From Dimorphilus gyrociliatus (lineage: Eukaryota > Animalia > Annelida), in assembly GCA_904063045.1 (NCBI GenBank), contig CAJFCJ010000011.1, positions 868,001 to 932,000 of the forward strand: a stretch of DNA of 64,000 bases, given 5' to 3'. Position numbers and translations under genes: made by a program. The notes under the pieces were generated by a model that did no database searches, was not told where the DNA came from, and saw nothing but the letters and a program-made list of their open reading frames with translations. Below, one piece after another: positions 27,101 through 41,022 of this stretch (its first letter is position 1; every line of letters begins with the position of its first letter).

Positions 27101-28344
27101 TTAACGGCTACATTTTCAGCATATTCTAATTTTTTCTTGCTGGTTAAGGTAGTTATCCATTGAGACCAGCATTTTTCAATTATCGAAAAATTATATAAGT
27201 CAGTCACTGTTTTTTCAACCTTTTTTTGGGTTTTTGAAAATTTTGCTTTTCGCTCCCATTCTTTGAAAAAGCGTCTACAAATAATAAAATTATATTTTGC
27301 CTTGTCTGTGGTATCACTTTGTTAAATTACTTTAAATATAACGCATTGTATAACGGTCTACACTTTTCTTTTTCAATATTTCGAAGTCTCCTTTTACCAA
27401 TGTACTTAACCCAAATTTGTATCGCCTTCTTTTTCAAGACAAAGTTTCCTAATAGTTTAAATTTATTACTAAAAGAATTCACAGTGTAACTTTCTGTACT
27501 AACGATAATTATCAGCAATAAGATTCTTTTCATTTTCAACAGACTGAATTTTCATGAAAGTAGTCCAGCTCTTCCACGCAATATTGTAAAGTCTGTACCT
27601 ATTAAGTAAGATAACTTTTATAATGTTACCTCCGTTCATGATAATAACTCACTTATTATGTAGGTCTGCTCGAAGATTTAAACGATATTCTTTTCGATTA
27701 TGCCACCAGATATTTTTTATCTGGTTCATGCATTTCTTTTTAATCTTTTCTTCAAAGTGTAATCTACAAATATTTACATTTTGGTTACAAATGTTTTTTT
27801 TTTAGGTAAACTTTACAACCTTGCTTTGGATATTTTTATCGAACCAAAAGTTCCAATAAGCCACAAATGCAAATATTTCCTGGCTAGATACCTATTGAAT
27901 CATCATTACTAATACAGTAACAATAAAGATATTTGCAATTTACCTTAGCCTCAGTTCTTTTATTCTTCCGCCCTTATTCCAAGTGTATGATGGATCAAAG
28001 ACTTTAAATTTCTTTTTCGCTTTTCTTGTAACTTTAGGAATCTTGGACGGAGTGCTATGTTTTACCGGTCGGAAACTTTCTGATAGCTCAGAACTAAGTT
28101 TATTAAAAAAAAATAGTATATATAAACCTTTAAAAAGTGTAGAATACCTTTTTGCAATTTCATTCTCTCCATCTAGCTGAACTTTATCTAATAGCTTCAT
28201 TTTCTCTGCTTTAACATGAAGCGAAGAGCTACCTTGGTTGAAAGCGTCTTGTCCAGACAGAGCTTTATTTTCATTTCTGCCTTTTTCTGCTAAAATTTTA
28301 GTTTTCTTTTCAGAATTGATTAGATGTGTAGCATTCTTAGACAT
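24103..28344 (-). CDS. SFI1: SFI1 centrin-binding centriolar protein
   Basis: Many Trp-ending Sfi1-like repeats (KKAIQIWVK, LLKFAWQMWLKR, LKQTFELWRMK, SSFTTWRE, VFRSWVAY), then KPRKPDFL and a coiled-coil tail. The last exon ends ...RTKPNQ* at 24103. Confidence 0.85.
26702..26777 (-). other. U12-type (minor spliceosome) GT-AG intron in SFI1
   Basis: Donor GTATCCTTTT; branch TTTCTTAAC lies just upstream of the acceptor (TTTCTTAACATATTACAG); flanking exons join in frame (KWKF-LIVLRQKKK). Confidence 0.75.
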
Positions 28345-28465
28345 GCCTTCAGTTAATTAAGTATTTAAATTATTCTAAGGAAGTTATCAGCTGTATCATC
28401 AAATTTGGGCGATAAATCGAATAAATATTGATGCACAAAATATAAAGCTGTGTTTACCGGTTTTT

Positions 28466-28475
28466 GCGCGGGAAA
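28466..28475 (-). promoter_or_regulatory. E2F consensus site upstream of SFI1
   Basis: GCGCGGGAAA (= TTTCCCGCGC on -), about 120 bp upstream of the SFI1 ATG. Confidence 0.4.
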
Positions 28476-28912
28476 TCTGTTTTATATTTGTCACGAAACT
28501 GTTATATAATTGAGTATGTTCGAAAAAAACAGTCATTTCGATAACTTTACTGTGAAGTTGAGTCGAGATTGCAATATAAGTCGAGATCAATGGGAGGGAG
28601 GTAGAGTCAGAGAATAATTTAGTGAGAAATTATCAAACGAAGGACAATTTTAAAAAATTATTGACACAACCAAGAGAAAGTTTTAACGAGTTATCAGCCA
28701 GATGCTACAGATGTAAACACTCATACCAAAAAAACCTCGCCCACACCCTGCATACATCTGTAGGAGTGTTTGCCCTATCAGATTACTGCATACAGTGTGG
28801 TTCGTGTTCTAGCGATAAACATTCAACCTGGACAAACCATCCTAGACACTGGCGAATCCTATGCCAGTCTGATTTGCAGCCAAAACTGAACCATCTCTTA
28901 TCGACTGAGACC

Positions 28913-30322
28913 ATGACTTTTAAGCTGGTCTTTCTGCTCCTTTTATTCAAGTTTGCTTTTTCAGAGAGGACCTCTTGTCGGCCCTGCTCTGAGGTGGAAT
29001 GCCAGAAATTACCCAGAACTTGTTTGGCAGGTTTGTGTAGATTGTACGTTATGAAAACTGTAATAAAGAAGCGTCTTGAACTAAGTACAGTAAATCTAAG
29101 GTATTAAAGAGTTGTAAATTCCGGGACTGAATTATTTAGTCATGGTTAAAAAGTTTATTTACTAAAGTTAAATTTCTTGAAGTCTTGAGGTTTGAGGTCT
29201 TTGAGCCGCATTTTATATTTAGAGACGACAAAAAGTATAGGATAAAAATATTCTTCATTGAAGCAATATGCTTACTACTTTAAAATTTGACGAAGTTTTT
29301 TTTATTCTTATCGCCATCTGGTTGCGGGCGAGAGTTTATTGTTGGTTCGCCATTAATTCTATTGCTCAGCATCCAATATTCTCTTAGCTTTATAGATTAA
29401 TAAGTTATTTAAATTTATTTATCATTGTAGGTCTAGTAAAAGATAAATGCGGATGCTGTGACGTTTGCGGTCAATTGGAATTTGAACCATGTTACCATCC
29501 TGAAGTGGATAAAGAGCACGACATTTGGAAAGGACGGTGTGGAAAAGGGCTGACTTGTCGAATCAGAAAAGATTTGCCTGAGGAAGATCCCTCAATAGCT
29601 GTATGCCGATGTGACATGGAAGAAGATTACTGCGGTGATGACGGTATCAGTTACACAAGTATTTGCAGTCTGCTGGAGAAAGGAAAGAGAACCAATAAAA
29701 CTATCACCATAGCTAGGACTGGCCCATGTGATTCCGGTTAGCACTAATTAATATGCTTTTTTAATGTACTTTCGTCCTCTAAATTTTAGGCCTTTATAAC
29801 GAGTATCGAATAAGTTGATTTCTATTAGAAAATGCTAGATATTACTTCTCGTTTCATTCGATAACAATATTGTCCCACAGATCCCAAGATAACTTTCAAG
29901 CCGGCGAGTAAAACTGGTAAAATTAATGACGATATCAATTTTTCTTGTGAATCTACCGGATACCCTTTGCCAAGTATCAAATGGATCTATAGAAGAGTAG
30001 ATGGAGTAGAAACAGAATTACCTAGTTTGTAAATTATAATTAAAGCATATGGAGATTTAAGTTTGCGTAATGCATGACTTACATATTTGATAAAGTTTCT
30101 GCAATAGTAGTTTCAAGATAATTAGAGGTTGTGATAATTTCAGATGACGATCCCAAATTATCCGTTAACACAAGGGGAGGACCCGAAAAATGGCAAAAAA
30201 CCGGATGGGTTCAAATCCAAAGGATTGAAGAAAAACATGAGGGAGATTATATTTGTATCGCAATTAACAACAAAGGAAAGATGACAAAGGCTGAAGCTCG
30301 CCTGAATGTAGCAATCAATTAA
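28913..30322 (+). CDS. IGFBP7: IGFBP-related protein (IB-Kazal-Ig; IGFBP7/KAZALD1/IGFBPL1 family), secreted, 4 exons
   Basis: Signal peptide MTFKLVFLLLLFKFAFS; IB domain CRPC..KCGCCDVC..GRCGKGLTC; Kazal YCGDDGISYTSIC..GPC; Ig domain FSCESTGYPLPSIKW..TRGGPEK..TGWVQI..EGDYIC. Confidence 0.88.
29310..29324 (-). promoter_or_regulatory. CTCF-like motif in intron 1 of the IGFBP-related gene
   Basis: ATCGCCATCTGGTTG (reverse complement CAACCAGATGGCGAT). Confidence 0.4.
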
Positions 30323-30802
30323 AATAGTATTCTCTTTATATTTAAATTACGCACTTAGACTTAGGATGTTTGTCTGGTTAGTATAAAGTTATGTAAAGTA
30401 TAGGTTGCTCTATTTTAGTAGAAATTGTCTTTATATGTCTTATACATTTATATATTATTTTTACAAAACGTTTTTCTTATCTACACTTAAAGATTTTTTA
30501 TTTTTACTTTTATACCATTGATATAACAATCACAATCATTGATTGCATATTTTATATCTTTGGATTCTCTTTAAAAAACCTGCAATTCATGTCTAGTATT
30601 CCTTGTAATGCAGACATAAAGGCGATGATTGGTGCTAATCGTGTACAGGAGTAGTTAGCATATTAGGTAGGAGCTTTTGTTCAGTCTTACATATGTTTTA
30701 TGAAATAAATGAGTTAATTGATTACAAACGTTTAGGAATTTTTATTGAAAAACTTAAATAAGTGAATTTTTTCATATTTGAAGTATTACTCTATTATTCC
30801 TA

Positions 30803-33800
30803 CTACATTTCAACAAACTTGAGAGCTTGTTTCTTAACACTTTGAACAGTTTTCTCACTTCCATGCTTTTCTTCGAATTCAATATACTTTTTGAATAAGA
30901 ATTTCATTTTTTTCGGTTGAAATTTCAGAGTTGTAGCGGATTGAAATTTTTTCCTGTTTTTGTTGCATAACGTAGATAAAAATAAAGATGCTATCAAAAG
31001 TAACCTACCTGGCTTCTTCAAGCAGTCCTGCCTTAATTAACAAGTCCAGGAATACAGACCAAATATCAGTGCGCTTTGGATAAGTATTAAGCAAATTTTC
31101 AAAAAGGATTTTTCCCCTCTCTTCATTTCCAGAGTGAAATTCCATTTGAGCGAATTTCATTATCAATTCTAAATCTGTTTAAAAATAAATTAAACATCAA
31201 TGACAAGAGGATATTTAGACTAACGTTTTGCATCAGGTAAACTCATTAATGCTCTTTGCATTAATTTCCTTCCGTCATCGAATTTTTTATTTGTATAATA
31301 AAATTGACCAAAATCAATCCACACATCAAGCTTATCACTCCCAAATTTCTTGACAATAATTTTTCTAGTTTCTTCTTCTAATTTTTCCTTGTTTGCACTT
31401 TTGTAGATATTAGCCAAGTGCTTATATGTTATAAAAGCATCGTTAAATTGTATGGCTTTCTACAAGTAAACAAAAATTAAAAAATGGACCTAAAAATTTG
31501 TTTACAGACTTTAAATAGCTCTTGAAACTTATCTTGATTTCCATATTCATATTCCAAATTTAAGTAGGAAGCCCATAAATTAAATCGTTCATCTTCTTCT
31601 CGATATCCAATAGATTTGACTCCTCTTTCTGCTATTTCCCTTGCTTTATCAATATCATTTTTCTTAACATAATAAGCTACATATTTCATCCAAGCTACAG
31701 CTTTATTTGGATTACTTAGAACGTCTCTTTCTAATTTAAGCATTTCATTGGGAAGATTCATATTATCTGTTTTTTGATTAATTTTATCCTCTTCCGATTC
31801 ATCATCATCATCATCATCTTCGTTTTCTGCTTTGGTTTTAATTTCTTTCGCCGATTCGTCATCCCAAGCGAACGGTTTACCAATGGACAAACATGACTGC
31901 AAAGATAATAAATTTTATTATGATAATTTACAATTTTCTTAAAAAATTGTACTTTGTCGTCGTAACCCATATCCATCCCGTTATTGTTCAGTCCAGTTGC
32001 TTTCAGTCTTTTGGGCATAACCTCAACATCATCTTCATCTGAGCTGTCTATCCTCTTTCTCTTTTTGTCTTCTTTCGCTTCTTGGAAACATGTTTCCGGC
32101 AAATTCACTGCTTTACCTGTGTGCTCTTCGAGCATAGATAGCTCAAATCGACTATGCTGACGATCAGCTCTAAGAAAAAGTGATATAATGAAATATGTTT
32201 ACAAAAACAAATTTATATTTACTTTATCACTTTTACATAAACAAGTTTTCCAACTGGAAATGCTATGTCTAAGCGATTTATTGGTTTTGTGTAGGCGTAT
32301 TTTTTTGGAACTTTTCCAATAATATTGTGAGCCAAACTGCAAATGTTTAAGATATAGGTATTGGGATAAAATTTAAACTTAAAAGAAATGAACCGTATAA
32401 AAATTCCTATGTTACTGGCGCTTTTTACAAATCCTCTATGAACTGAATTTCTCATTATGTCTTTAGTTTCTAGTTCAGGATCTTTTACATCAGTAGCATT
32501 TGACAAGCGAGATGGTCTTGAGGAGAGTGTACACTGATGAGGTTTAGTCTCATCAATTTTTAGTATAAAGCATTCAATAGCTTGTCCTGGCTTAAAATTT
32601 TTTAAGTCTTTTATGTGATCATAGTTGTCCACCAAATCTGTCATGTTAATTCGACCCCTGCAAAAAAATTTCTGATTATTCCTTGAAAGTATAGAACTTC
32701 ACTTACCTATATCCGTTGGGAAGATTGACAACAATTTCTTTAGATTTTATAACTTTGTGAATTAATCCTCTAACCTTATTACCTTCTACCAATTTTACAT
32801 CATCTATAAACAGTTTAAAAGAGTAAATGATAATGGTATAATAGAATATAGCAGTAGCTTTACCACAAAAAGTGACTTCTAAGAGGTCTTCTGACACTGT
32901 TTTTATAACCTTAGCTTTATAACCACAATTTGGTCGGAAATGGTCCAATGGTTTTTGCAAAACCTGTATTACAATTGATTGTTAAGTCTAATTAGCTAGT
33001 GTTTATTCTCTAAATACTTACATCAGCATTTTTCGACAGACAGAGAAGATGAGACCTCGCTTTCAATATTGGATTAATTTCAAACCATAAAGTTTTTTGG
33101 TTTTCATCATACTAAAGAAGGATCTTATTAGAGATTTAGGAAATATTAAAATAATATAATTACACTTTGTACGTAGCAAATAACATCGTCATTTTCTTTG
33201 TACGTTGTTTGGGGTTGAATAGATTCAGTTATTTCTGTATGATCGGTTAACAGAGAGCATTCAGGCATAGTGTTTCTAACTTCCATCTTTCTTCCAGGCT
33301 TTAAGGTCCTATTTGTGGAGGTTAAGGATTAATAAAATGTTATCTGAGTATTAGAAGCTTACTTTAATGATTTTGTGCATCTATATCCAATAATGGAAAC
33401 GGTTACCGGATCATTTATACTATATTTTTCAAACAAATTAACGCCTTCTTTAAATTTGTCCGAAACGTTACTGATATGAATTCTGCCAGGTACTTTCCCA
33501 ATTTTAATATATAAGCTACAGTGGCTTATTCCAACAATTCTATCAAGATGTTAAGTTTTACTTCATATGGTAAACAAATGAGTCGATACTTACGTGGCAT
33601 CTTCCTTCACTAAGCCTAATGAAAGATTGTGTCCTTTGACCATACTGTCAAGATTTTCCTTTTTCGCTTTTATTTCCGGATAAACAATTATCAAATCATT
33701 AACTGTGTTCTCAATTTCAATTTTCATTTGCTGACCAACAGCATAATTTTTACTCGATAAAATATCGTTAAAATTTCTTTTTGTGGGCATAATTGCCATT

Positions 33801-36800
33801 TTCCCAGCAAGAAAATCTTTAAGCATAACAACAGCAACATCATCTCTAACTAAAAGAATTTCAGCCAAAACTGATGTACCTTTTTTCGCCTAATAAATAT
33901 TTAAAATGATCACTTGTTCACAAAATAATTGTTGTACCTTTGTGTACTTGGTATCCAAAACCTTCTTTTTCCTATGCTGAACGAGTTTGTCTTTTGCGCA
34001 TAATTCTAAACAGTACGAATTTAAATCCACAAACAGAACTATTGCTTCAATAATGTCCTTGGTTTTTACAGGTTTCTCTAATGGAAAAAATGCAGGCTTG
34101 CGATTAAAATATCTAGTTTTTACTAATTAAATAATACCTGGTATAAAATCACCAACGACGACGCAATTAGTACCACCTTCAACTGTTTTACACAAAAATC
34201 CATCATCTGTTATCTTTTCAACTTCAACTTTGATGATATCTCCCAAATTAAAGTTCCCTATTGCTTTTAATTTAGGATCATTTGATTTTTTAGTTTTTTC
34301 TAAAGACATTTGATAGTCGCTTATCCAATCTTTCACTAATTCTGGATCTCGAGGAATTGTTTTTCCGAATGTTAAAGAGGGTGCAGTAGCAAGAATACAT
34401 CTCGTTTTTTCTAAATCTACTTCCATTACTTTAGCTGTCAGGGTTTGGCCCAAAGTAAGGAAATTTTTTGGATTTTCAATTTTTCGATCAAAGAGGAGCT
34501 GTTAAATAAGTCGTTAATTTAAAATATAACATTTTTCAATAACTTACTCTATTTGGTACTAATCCAACAAGTCTATTGGGCATTTCCACAAAAATTCCAT
34601 AATCCATGAATTTTAAAATAACTCCGGTGACAAGATTTTCTTGCTGTAAATTATTAATTTAAATATTCATAAAAAAGTTATTTGCAATATTATACCTTAA
34701 CATCATCCCATGTAAGTACAAGTGTACCATTTTCTTTTGCCCTCAAAAAACTCTTCTTTCTTGTAACAATCTGTGAAGGCGGAGATATTGGTATTAATAT
34801 GTAATACTTGATAATAAGAAACTAACAATAGCTGAAGCTTTTTGGAAAACCATAACTTCCAGTTCATCTTCAATCTCAAAACTCGAATGAATTTGAGCAG
34901 CATTCTGAATAGAATCAGATAGATGGCGTGTTGGTAAAAATGCTTTAACGTTTTCAGATGTCAAAACCACGTCCAAACCATCTTCATTTTTGGCAAGAAT
35001 TTTGGATTTATAAATCTATCAATAGTAAATAAATGTAGGAAAGTTGCTTGATAAATTTAAGCACTAACCTTTCCAACTTCAATTTTTTCAATATCCGGAG
35101 AACTTTTTGAACCAAATGCAGGTTTATTTTCAAGCCTGAAGCTTAATAATAACTTTCCTTTATCAGATTTGACTGATAGGACTCGACATTTGACAATTTG
35201 ACCCAAAAAGAAAACTTTGCTAGGATATTCAATGCGTTCAGAACTAAGTTCTCTTTTGGTTACAAATCCCTAAAAAATATAGTTTAGAGTATAGTTTAAA
35301 TAAATAAATAATACACATTTATGGTATGATGGCATATTCAATGCTTATACAAACCTTTATATCATTAAGGAAAGCTACCAAAACACCTTTATCAGTTATT
35401 TGAACAATATAGCCACTTACAGTCTCTCCAACTTCACATTCATTAAGAGAGCTTATCATTTTACCTTTAAGGCCAAGAATGGAATTTCTGCAGCTCATTT
35501 TAATTTTTTTCTCGCTTGCGTTAACAGCAATAATCTAAAATATTGTTAAATATTACTAGGAAATATGTAATGTATCTTAATTTCTTGAGTCTTACTCTGC
35601 ATTTAACTTTCGAGCCTTTTGCAGGAGTTTTTTCCAGTTTTTTAGAAGTAACATCTGATAAATGAAACTTTGGAATAAATCCATTAATTTTGTCCGATAT
35701 AGCTGCTATAATTCCTGTCGTCCTAACATTTAAAACGGTAGCTTTAACAATTGATCCAACTTCCACATCATGATGAGATAGGTATTTCTGATTTAGAATA
35801 TCTCTGAAAATAAACAAATTAAGGCTTGAATTAGAACACAAATCATGAGCAATATATATATATATATATAAAGTATAACGTTTTACTTTTTCAGAGTAAC
35901 GAGAAGTTGATTATCGACATAGTCAATATCCAAAATGCGACACCTGAAATTTATACTCTCTTTTAAAAAATAATGAGAAAATGCTTAAAAAAGTTACAGT
36001 TGTTTATTTTCCAAGGAATCGATATTGCTCAAATGATCCTTATCCATTTGACTTTTCTGAAAAAGAATTGACCTTTATAACAGCATATATTACATTTGAA
36101 TATATACAAACTGGAGCAAAGCATTTAATTTTTTCTTTTCCAACGACACCAAATATACCTCTTTGGTTAACAAATTTTGCTTTTCTCATCTCTGTAATTT
36201 CTCCTTTAACAAATGAACCAAACGGATTCTTTGTGCTCAAATGAGGATGAACAATATGAGCCAAATCGGACAGAGTGATAATCTTCATAATAGGATTAAC
36301 AGTTAGGATCGAACAATTAAATACGTCTTCCTTGGTTACATCAGCCAGATTTTTAGACATATGAGAAGAATGTAAAGTTCCTTTTAGCTTTCCAAATTTG
36401 ACGGCAACGCCTTCTTTATCAATCTGAATAGAGAAAAAGTTGTTTTTGTAACAATTGTAAAGATTTCAAAGACATATTTACTTTAAAAACTTTGCACGAG
36501 AATTTCATTCCAGGAACGAGACATTTAAATGGCACAGGTACACTCTCATCAATCTAAATTATGCGAAAAAATTAAAAGGTAAAATAAACTTCTCAAAAAC
36601 AAACCAAAGTTTCGTAGACGGAGTCAGGTTCTGCTGTTATTTTAATTGATCTTGACTCTTCTGTTCCCTCACTGTCATTTTCCACAGTAATTAAAAACTG
36701 AATAACCTGTCCCTTATGTATCGGTTGGCCGTTGAATTCTTGAAATTTTTGACAATCTGAATTTTTCAGAAATCCTATAACACCTTTAATGCCAAAATCT

Positions 36801-37714
36801 ACGACGAATCCATACTCCTCTTCCGATTTAATACTTCCAGGTAAAATCTTAAAAAAATAAAAAATACTTTTTGACTTATATTGTATTTTCTAATACTGAC
36901 CATTCCAGTTTTCAGGTCTTTTCTCGTGATATTATAGTTTACAAGTTTTGGATTTATAGTTAGTTCAATCTGTAACGAAAAGTTTTAGATAAAAAACAAA
37001 ATTTATCAATTCTTCATTACTAACTTTTATCAATTTTTGCTCTGCTTTCGATTGAACAACTTTGCAAATAACAGGTTGATTTATACGGAAAAACTCTTGC
37101 AGGGATCCACAAACATTCAGCTTTAAATAAAAAAATGGTGTTGAAATTATAAAGCACATTACAAAACTTTAAAACCTTCGGATTTTTCTGATGTTCTTTT
37201 AAAAGGAGAGTGTAATGTTCAGAAATACTAGTTATGGGAATGTATCCAGTTAAACCATTTGGTAAACACACAACTAATTTTAAATCTTGAATTTCTTTAA
37301 CGACTCCGTATATAAGAGTTTCAGATTGAATCGCCTTAATAAAAAAAAATTTACATCCAATATCCTTCAATACTATGCACTTTTCAATTGCAAAATATAA
37401 ACCTGAGGGCGAAGAAGTGTAGGTTTAAAAGTGTCAGCTGCTAAAATTGGACCGGTCACAATGTCTGATGAATTTTCATTTCTTTGGGAAGCATCTTTCA
37501 ACTTTCCTTTCTTCAGCTTCTTCTTTTTGGCCTTAATTGTAGCGGTTGATTAAATTGAAACAGCAAATAAATCAAGACTTACCTCCGAGTGAACTTTCAA
37601 AGGATCTTCATCGTCAATCGACGTTTCTCGATTTCTTTTTTTTGAGTAACCTCCTCTTGGGAAGTCTTCCTCCGCTTTTTGCTTACTCAAAATTTTCTTT
37701 CGGTTTAGGAGCAT
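30803..37714 (-). CDS. PDCD11: RRP5 rRNA biogenesis protein (S1 repeats plus C-terminal HAT/TPR), many exons
   Basis: N-terminal EEDFPRGG; repeated S1 motifs (VVCLPNGLTGYIPITSIS, GFIPKFHLSD, AFLPTRHLSD, HRGFVKSASNIGIFI); HAT region WMKYVAY..REEDERFNLWASYLNLEYEYG; C-terminal KKMKFLFKKYIEFEEKHG. The exact start is tentative. Confidence 0.93.
35852..35870. repeat. (AT)9 microsatellite in an RRP5 intron
   Basis: ATATATATATATATATATA. Confidence 0.8.
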
Positions 37715-38031
37715 GCTGAAAATTAGTTTTATTCACTTTCATGAAAAAAGCACATGGTCTATCTAAAGAACACTTTAGAAAGTAACTTATCTTGTAATAT
37801 CAAAATGGCGATTTAAAATGGCTAGAACAGGGGCCATTTTGAATTATTCACTTGCTACATGTAATCGCTCTCATCAGTGAAAATGTAAACTGGTGGTATT
37901 TTGCTTACGTCCTTGACCTAGCGACCTATTATCGGCGACACTTGATGAATATTTGCTTTAAGAATTTCCTCTCTGTGGCGGATTTTGAATGAGACGAGAG
38001 CTTAAATCTCTAAAACAACAAAATCTTGATC
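37715..38031. promoter_or_regulatory. Short bidirectional promoter region between RRP5 and GLE1
   Basis: About 317 bp between the divergent ATGs; YY1-like CAAAATGGCG (37801-37810), AAAATGGC (37815-37822) and GCCATTTTG (37833-37841). Confidence 0.6.
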
Positions 38032-40424
38032 ATGCAAGAATATGATAGTTTTTATGAGACTTTATCAAGGAGCAAATTTTCCAAACTAGAATACAATTTT
38101 AAATCATTCGTAAGAAGTTTATTTTTCTCTTGAAAGTTTTGTTTATTCACTGTTTCAAACAGCAATTTGAAGATCTATTTTCAAAGGACAAAAGATCTCT
38201 TCCTGATTTAGCGTGCTCAGCTGAAAAGATCAAAAACGAAACTGATAATATTAAACATGGATATAAACAGTAAGTTATACCAGACATCTTGCTTAAATTT
38301 AGCTTCCACGATTCTGCCGATTTTTATAGAATTAAAATAACTATTATTTAAAACAAATGTTTAGGAATAAACTGGATAAATCCGAAGAAGAATATAACCC
38401 GGCTCTTTGTAAACGACAGCCAATTCTCGAAACTCCCTCGTTTGTTCAATCTTTAAACCCAAAACCAACTGACGGAGATGTTGTAATTATACCGTATTTA
38501 AACTTGTCGGGAAATAGTCAGAGGTATTTATAAATAAAATTCGAATTAAATATGAGTTTTTCTTTAGTCATTAGTTTTTTGTTTTAGATTATCTTCGCCA
38601 GAAACAAAAACCACAGCAATATGTGTTAGTACTATCTGTATTACTTTTTGACACAAATTAATAGATTTCGATACAGAAATTAATTGAAAGCTTTAATGAT
38701 ATTGTGAACGCATATGAAGATGAAAAAAAGCTTGTTTTAGAAGAAGAAGCTAGGCAACAAAAGTTGGCTGATGATCGAAAGAGACAAGAAGAGGAGCAAT
38801 TGAGATTAAAAGCCCAAAAAGAAGAAGCTATCAAGAGGAAGCAAGAAGAAGAGTTGCTTAGGCGAAGAAATGAAGAATTGACTGCAAAAAAGAAGGAAGA
38901 AGAACGATTAAATAATCAAAACAAAATTGAAAATACCACAACAGCGAATATAGCCACAATGACTGGTCAGTTCACTATTCTTTTTATGTTTTGTGAGACA
39001 ATGATTTTTTTCAGCTGGACGAGCAGATGTTTATAAAAAATACATGGATATGCTGGAGAAGATAAGAAATGAACTCCAGGATTTCATGAAAGAAGAACAT
39101 GTATGTTTTTTCCCAATATTGTGTGCACCTGAATAAATAGACTCACGTACACTTGTATATGTATTTAACATGCAGATTGAATCCATGTATTTATTACAGA
39201 AAATGCTACGTACAAATGTTAGAAAAATCGCCAGATTGTCAATCAATACAATACCTAAAGATGACCTTCATAAATCAAGAGATACTCTCCTCAAGTTGGA
39301 TTCTCTTTTCTCTGGCAAAGATACAACTGTAGGTGACATACCAATAACAAATACCAGCAGACATCCAAAGGGAAGATTGTATGCATATTTTGAGACTGCA
39401 AAAGCATTTATTGAGCAGGGTGGATCACAGATATCAAGTACTCCAAGTTACGGATTTATTATGGCTGCCATTGCAATTGGTATTTGTAGCCAACATCCAG
39501 ACTTCAAAGAAATACTTTTGGGCATGATTTATCAAGCTTGTCCTTTTTTGTTACCATTTTGCCCAAGTCCAAGCTCTGCCAGGGACGAAACGGATTATCT
39601 AAAGTAAGTATTAATCTGATATCTTTTTTGAAATCACGAAATGTTTTGAATATTTTGAATTAGATCTCTCGGTTATAAAGTCACTGATGGAAAAGTTGAG
39701 GATCAAAAATACTATTTGAAAAGAATAACAGGCATCATCAGATTTTATGCTTGTTTAGCTGTATCACCTGTACCAAATCCCAGCCTCAATCATCCTTTCT
39801 CATTAGAAGTAAGCTTTAAGTTTAATTCACGCTTGGTGTAAATTAAACATTTTTCAGAATTTATGGATTCTATTGGCAACAATGTCTATGATGTCTCCTA
39901 TTCGTGATATTTCCGCTGGCATCGTTCATGAAGTCTTAGTGGTATGTTAGTTTGTAAACATACATAGGTTTAAAAAAGGGGCGTTATACTAGTGTTGAAA
40001 AGATAGCATTATTTTTAAGAGAACAAAAACCAGAGCAGTCTATATTTGACTTCTAATGCTCTATTTAGAAGCTGATAAGTGTTTGAGAGGGCCTCTTCGA
40101 AAATAATACATAACATACTTGAACTTTTATTATTTTTTATTTTTTGCTGTATTATAATTTCAGGTTAGCGGCAAACGACTTGTTTTGTCTTATGGATCTC
40201 AATTCATAAAGCTACTAGAGTTTATAAAAAAATTCTATCTACCAAAAATTCAAAAGGCAAGTCGACCTAGCAAATTTTATTCTGAGAAATTACTAATCTT
40301 GTTTACGTTTTAGGATATTGGAGAAGAAGGTGCGTCATTCACAAGATTAAAGGTCTTTTTAGAGATTGCTTTGACCAAAATGGAATTCAATGACCCTGTT
40401 GGCATTTTATCTAGCTGGAACTGA
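38032..40424 (+). CDS. GLE1: mRNA export factor GLE1
   Basis: Charged coiled coil (EEEARQQKLADDRKRQEEEQ) followed by the GLE1 domain: FIEQGGSQISS..GICSQHPDFKEILL..ACPFLLPFCP, SLGYKVTDGKVEDQKYYLKRITGIIRFYA, and C-terminal SFTRLKVFLE..PVGILSSWN*. Confidence 0.88.
40257..40313 (+). other. GC-AG intron (last intron of GLE1)
   Basis: CAAAAG|GCAAGT ... GTTTTAG|GATATT. Of the two donors considered, only the GC donor keeps the frame of the conserved C-terminus. Confidence 0.7.
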
Positions 40425-41022
40425 CTTATGTTTTTTAGTTTAAATTGTTACTTTTTAAATATGAAAAACGATTATGTAATTATTAAACTTCTTGTTATAG
40501 ATTGAATTAAATTTTAAATATAGAACAGATATTTTCCGTATACATGTTCCATATAAGGAAATTTAAAAATAATTACATAAACAGATGTGAAATTTGAAAC
40601 CATCAAAACAACCGTTCTGATCAAATCTATTTTTAAACTTTGGCGCGGAAATTAAAATTTGATTCTGTGTGTTTTGCATATACAAATCCTTGACCTTCAA
40701 AATTCAATCACAACGGCATTTCAAAGATTATACCGATAGAGTCATCTAGATTTCTTGTTGTCCTTGTTCACATTCTTTACTGACCTCGTGACGCGAACAT
40801 ATGTAAGTAAATTAATTAATTATTAGAGTGGATGAATAATCAGCGCGCCACATATTCAACCAATCAATATCGACTTGTCGACGCGTCAGTTTTTGGCTCC
40901 AAAGGTTTCGTAATGCATTTCAGTAGTATACGGAAAATTTAAAGAGAGTTATTCATTCACTCTTCTAAATAAAGTATATTTGTTCTGATCAGAATATACT
41001 AATTTTGATTAAAATCAGCAAA

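Noticed and set aside
39945-40160. Possible H/ACA snoRNA in the longest GLE1 intron
   Set aside because: Only short hairpins; no convincing two-hairpin H/ACA architecture.
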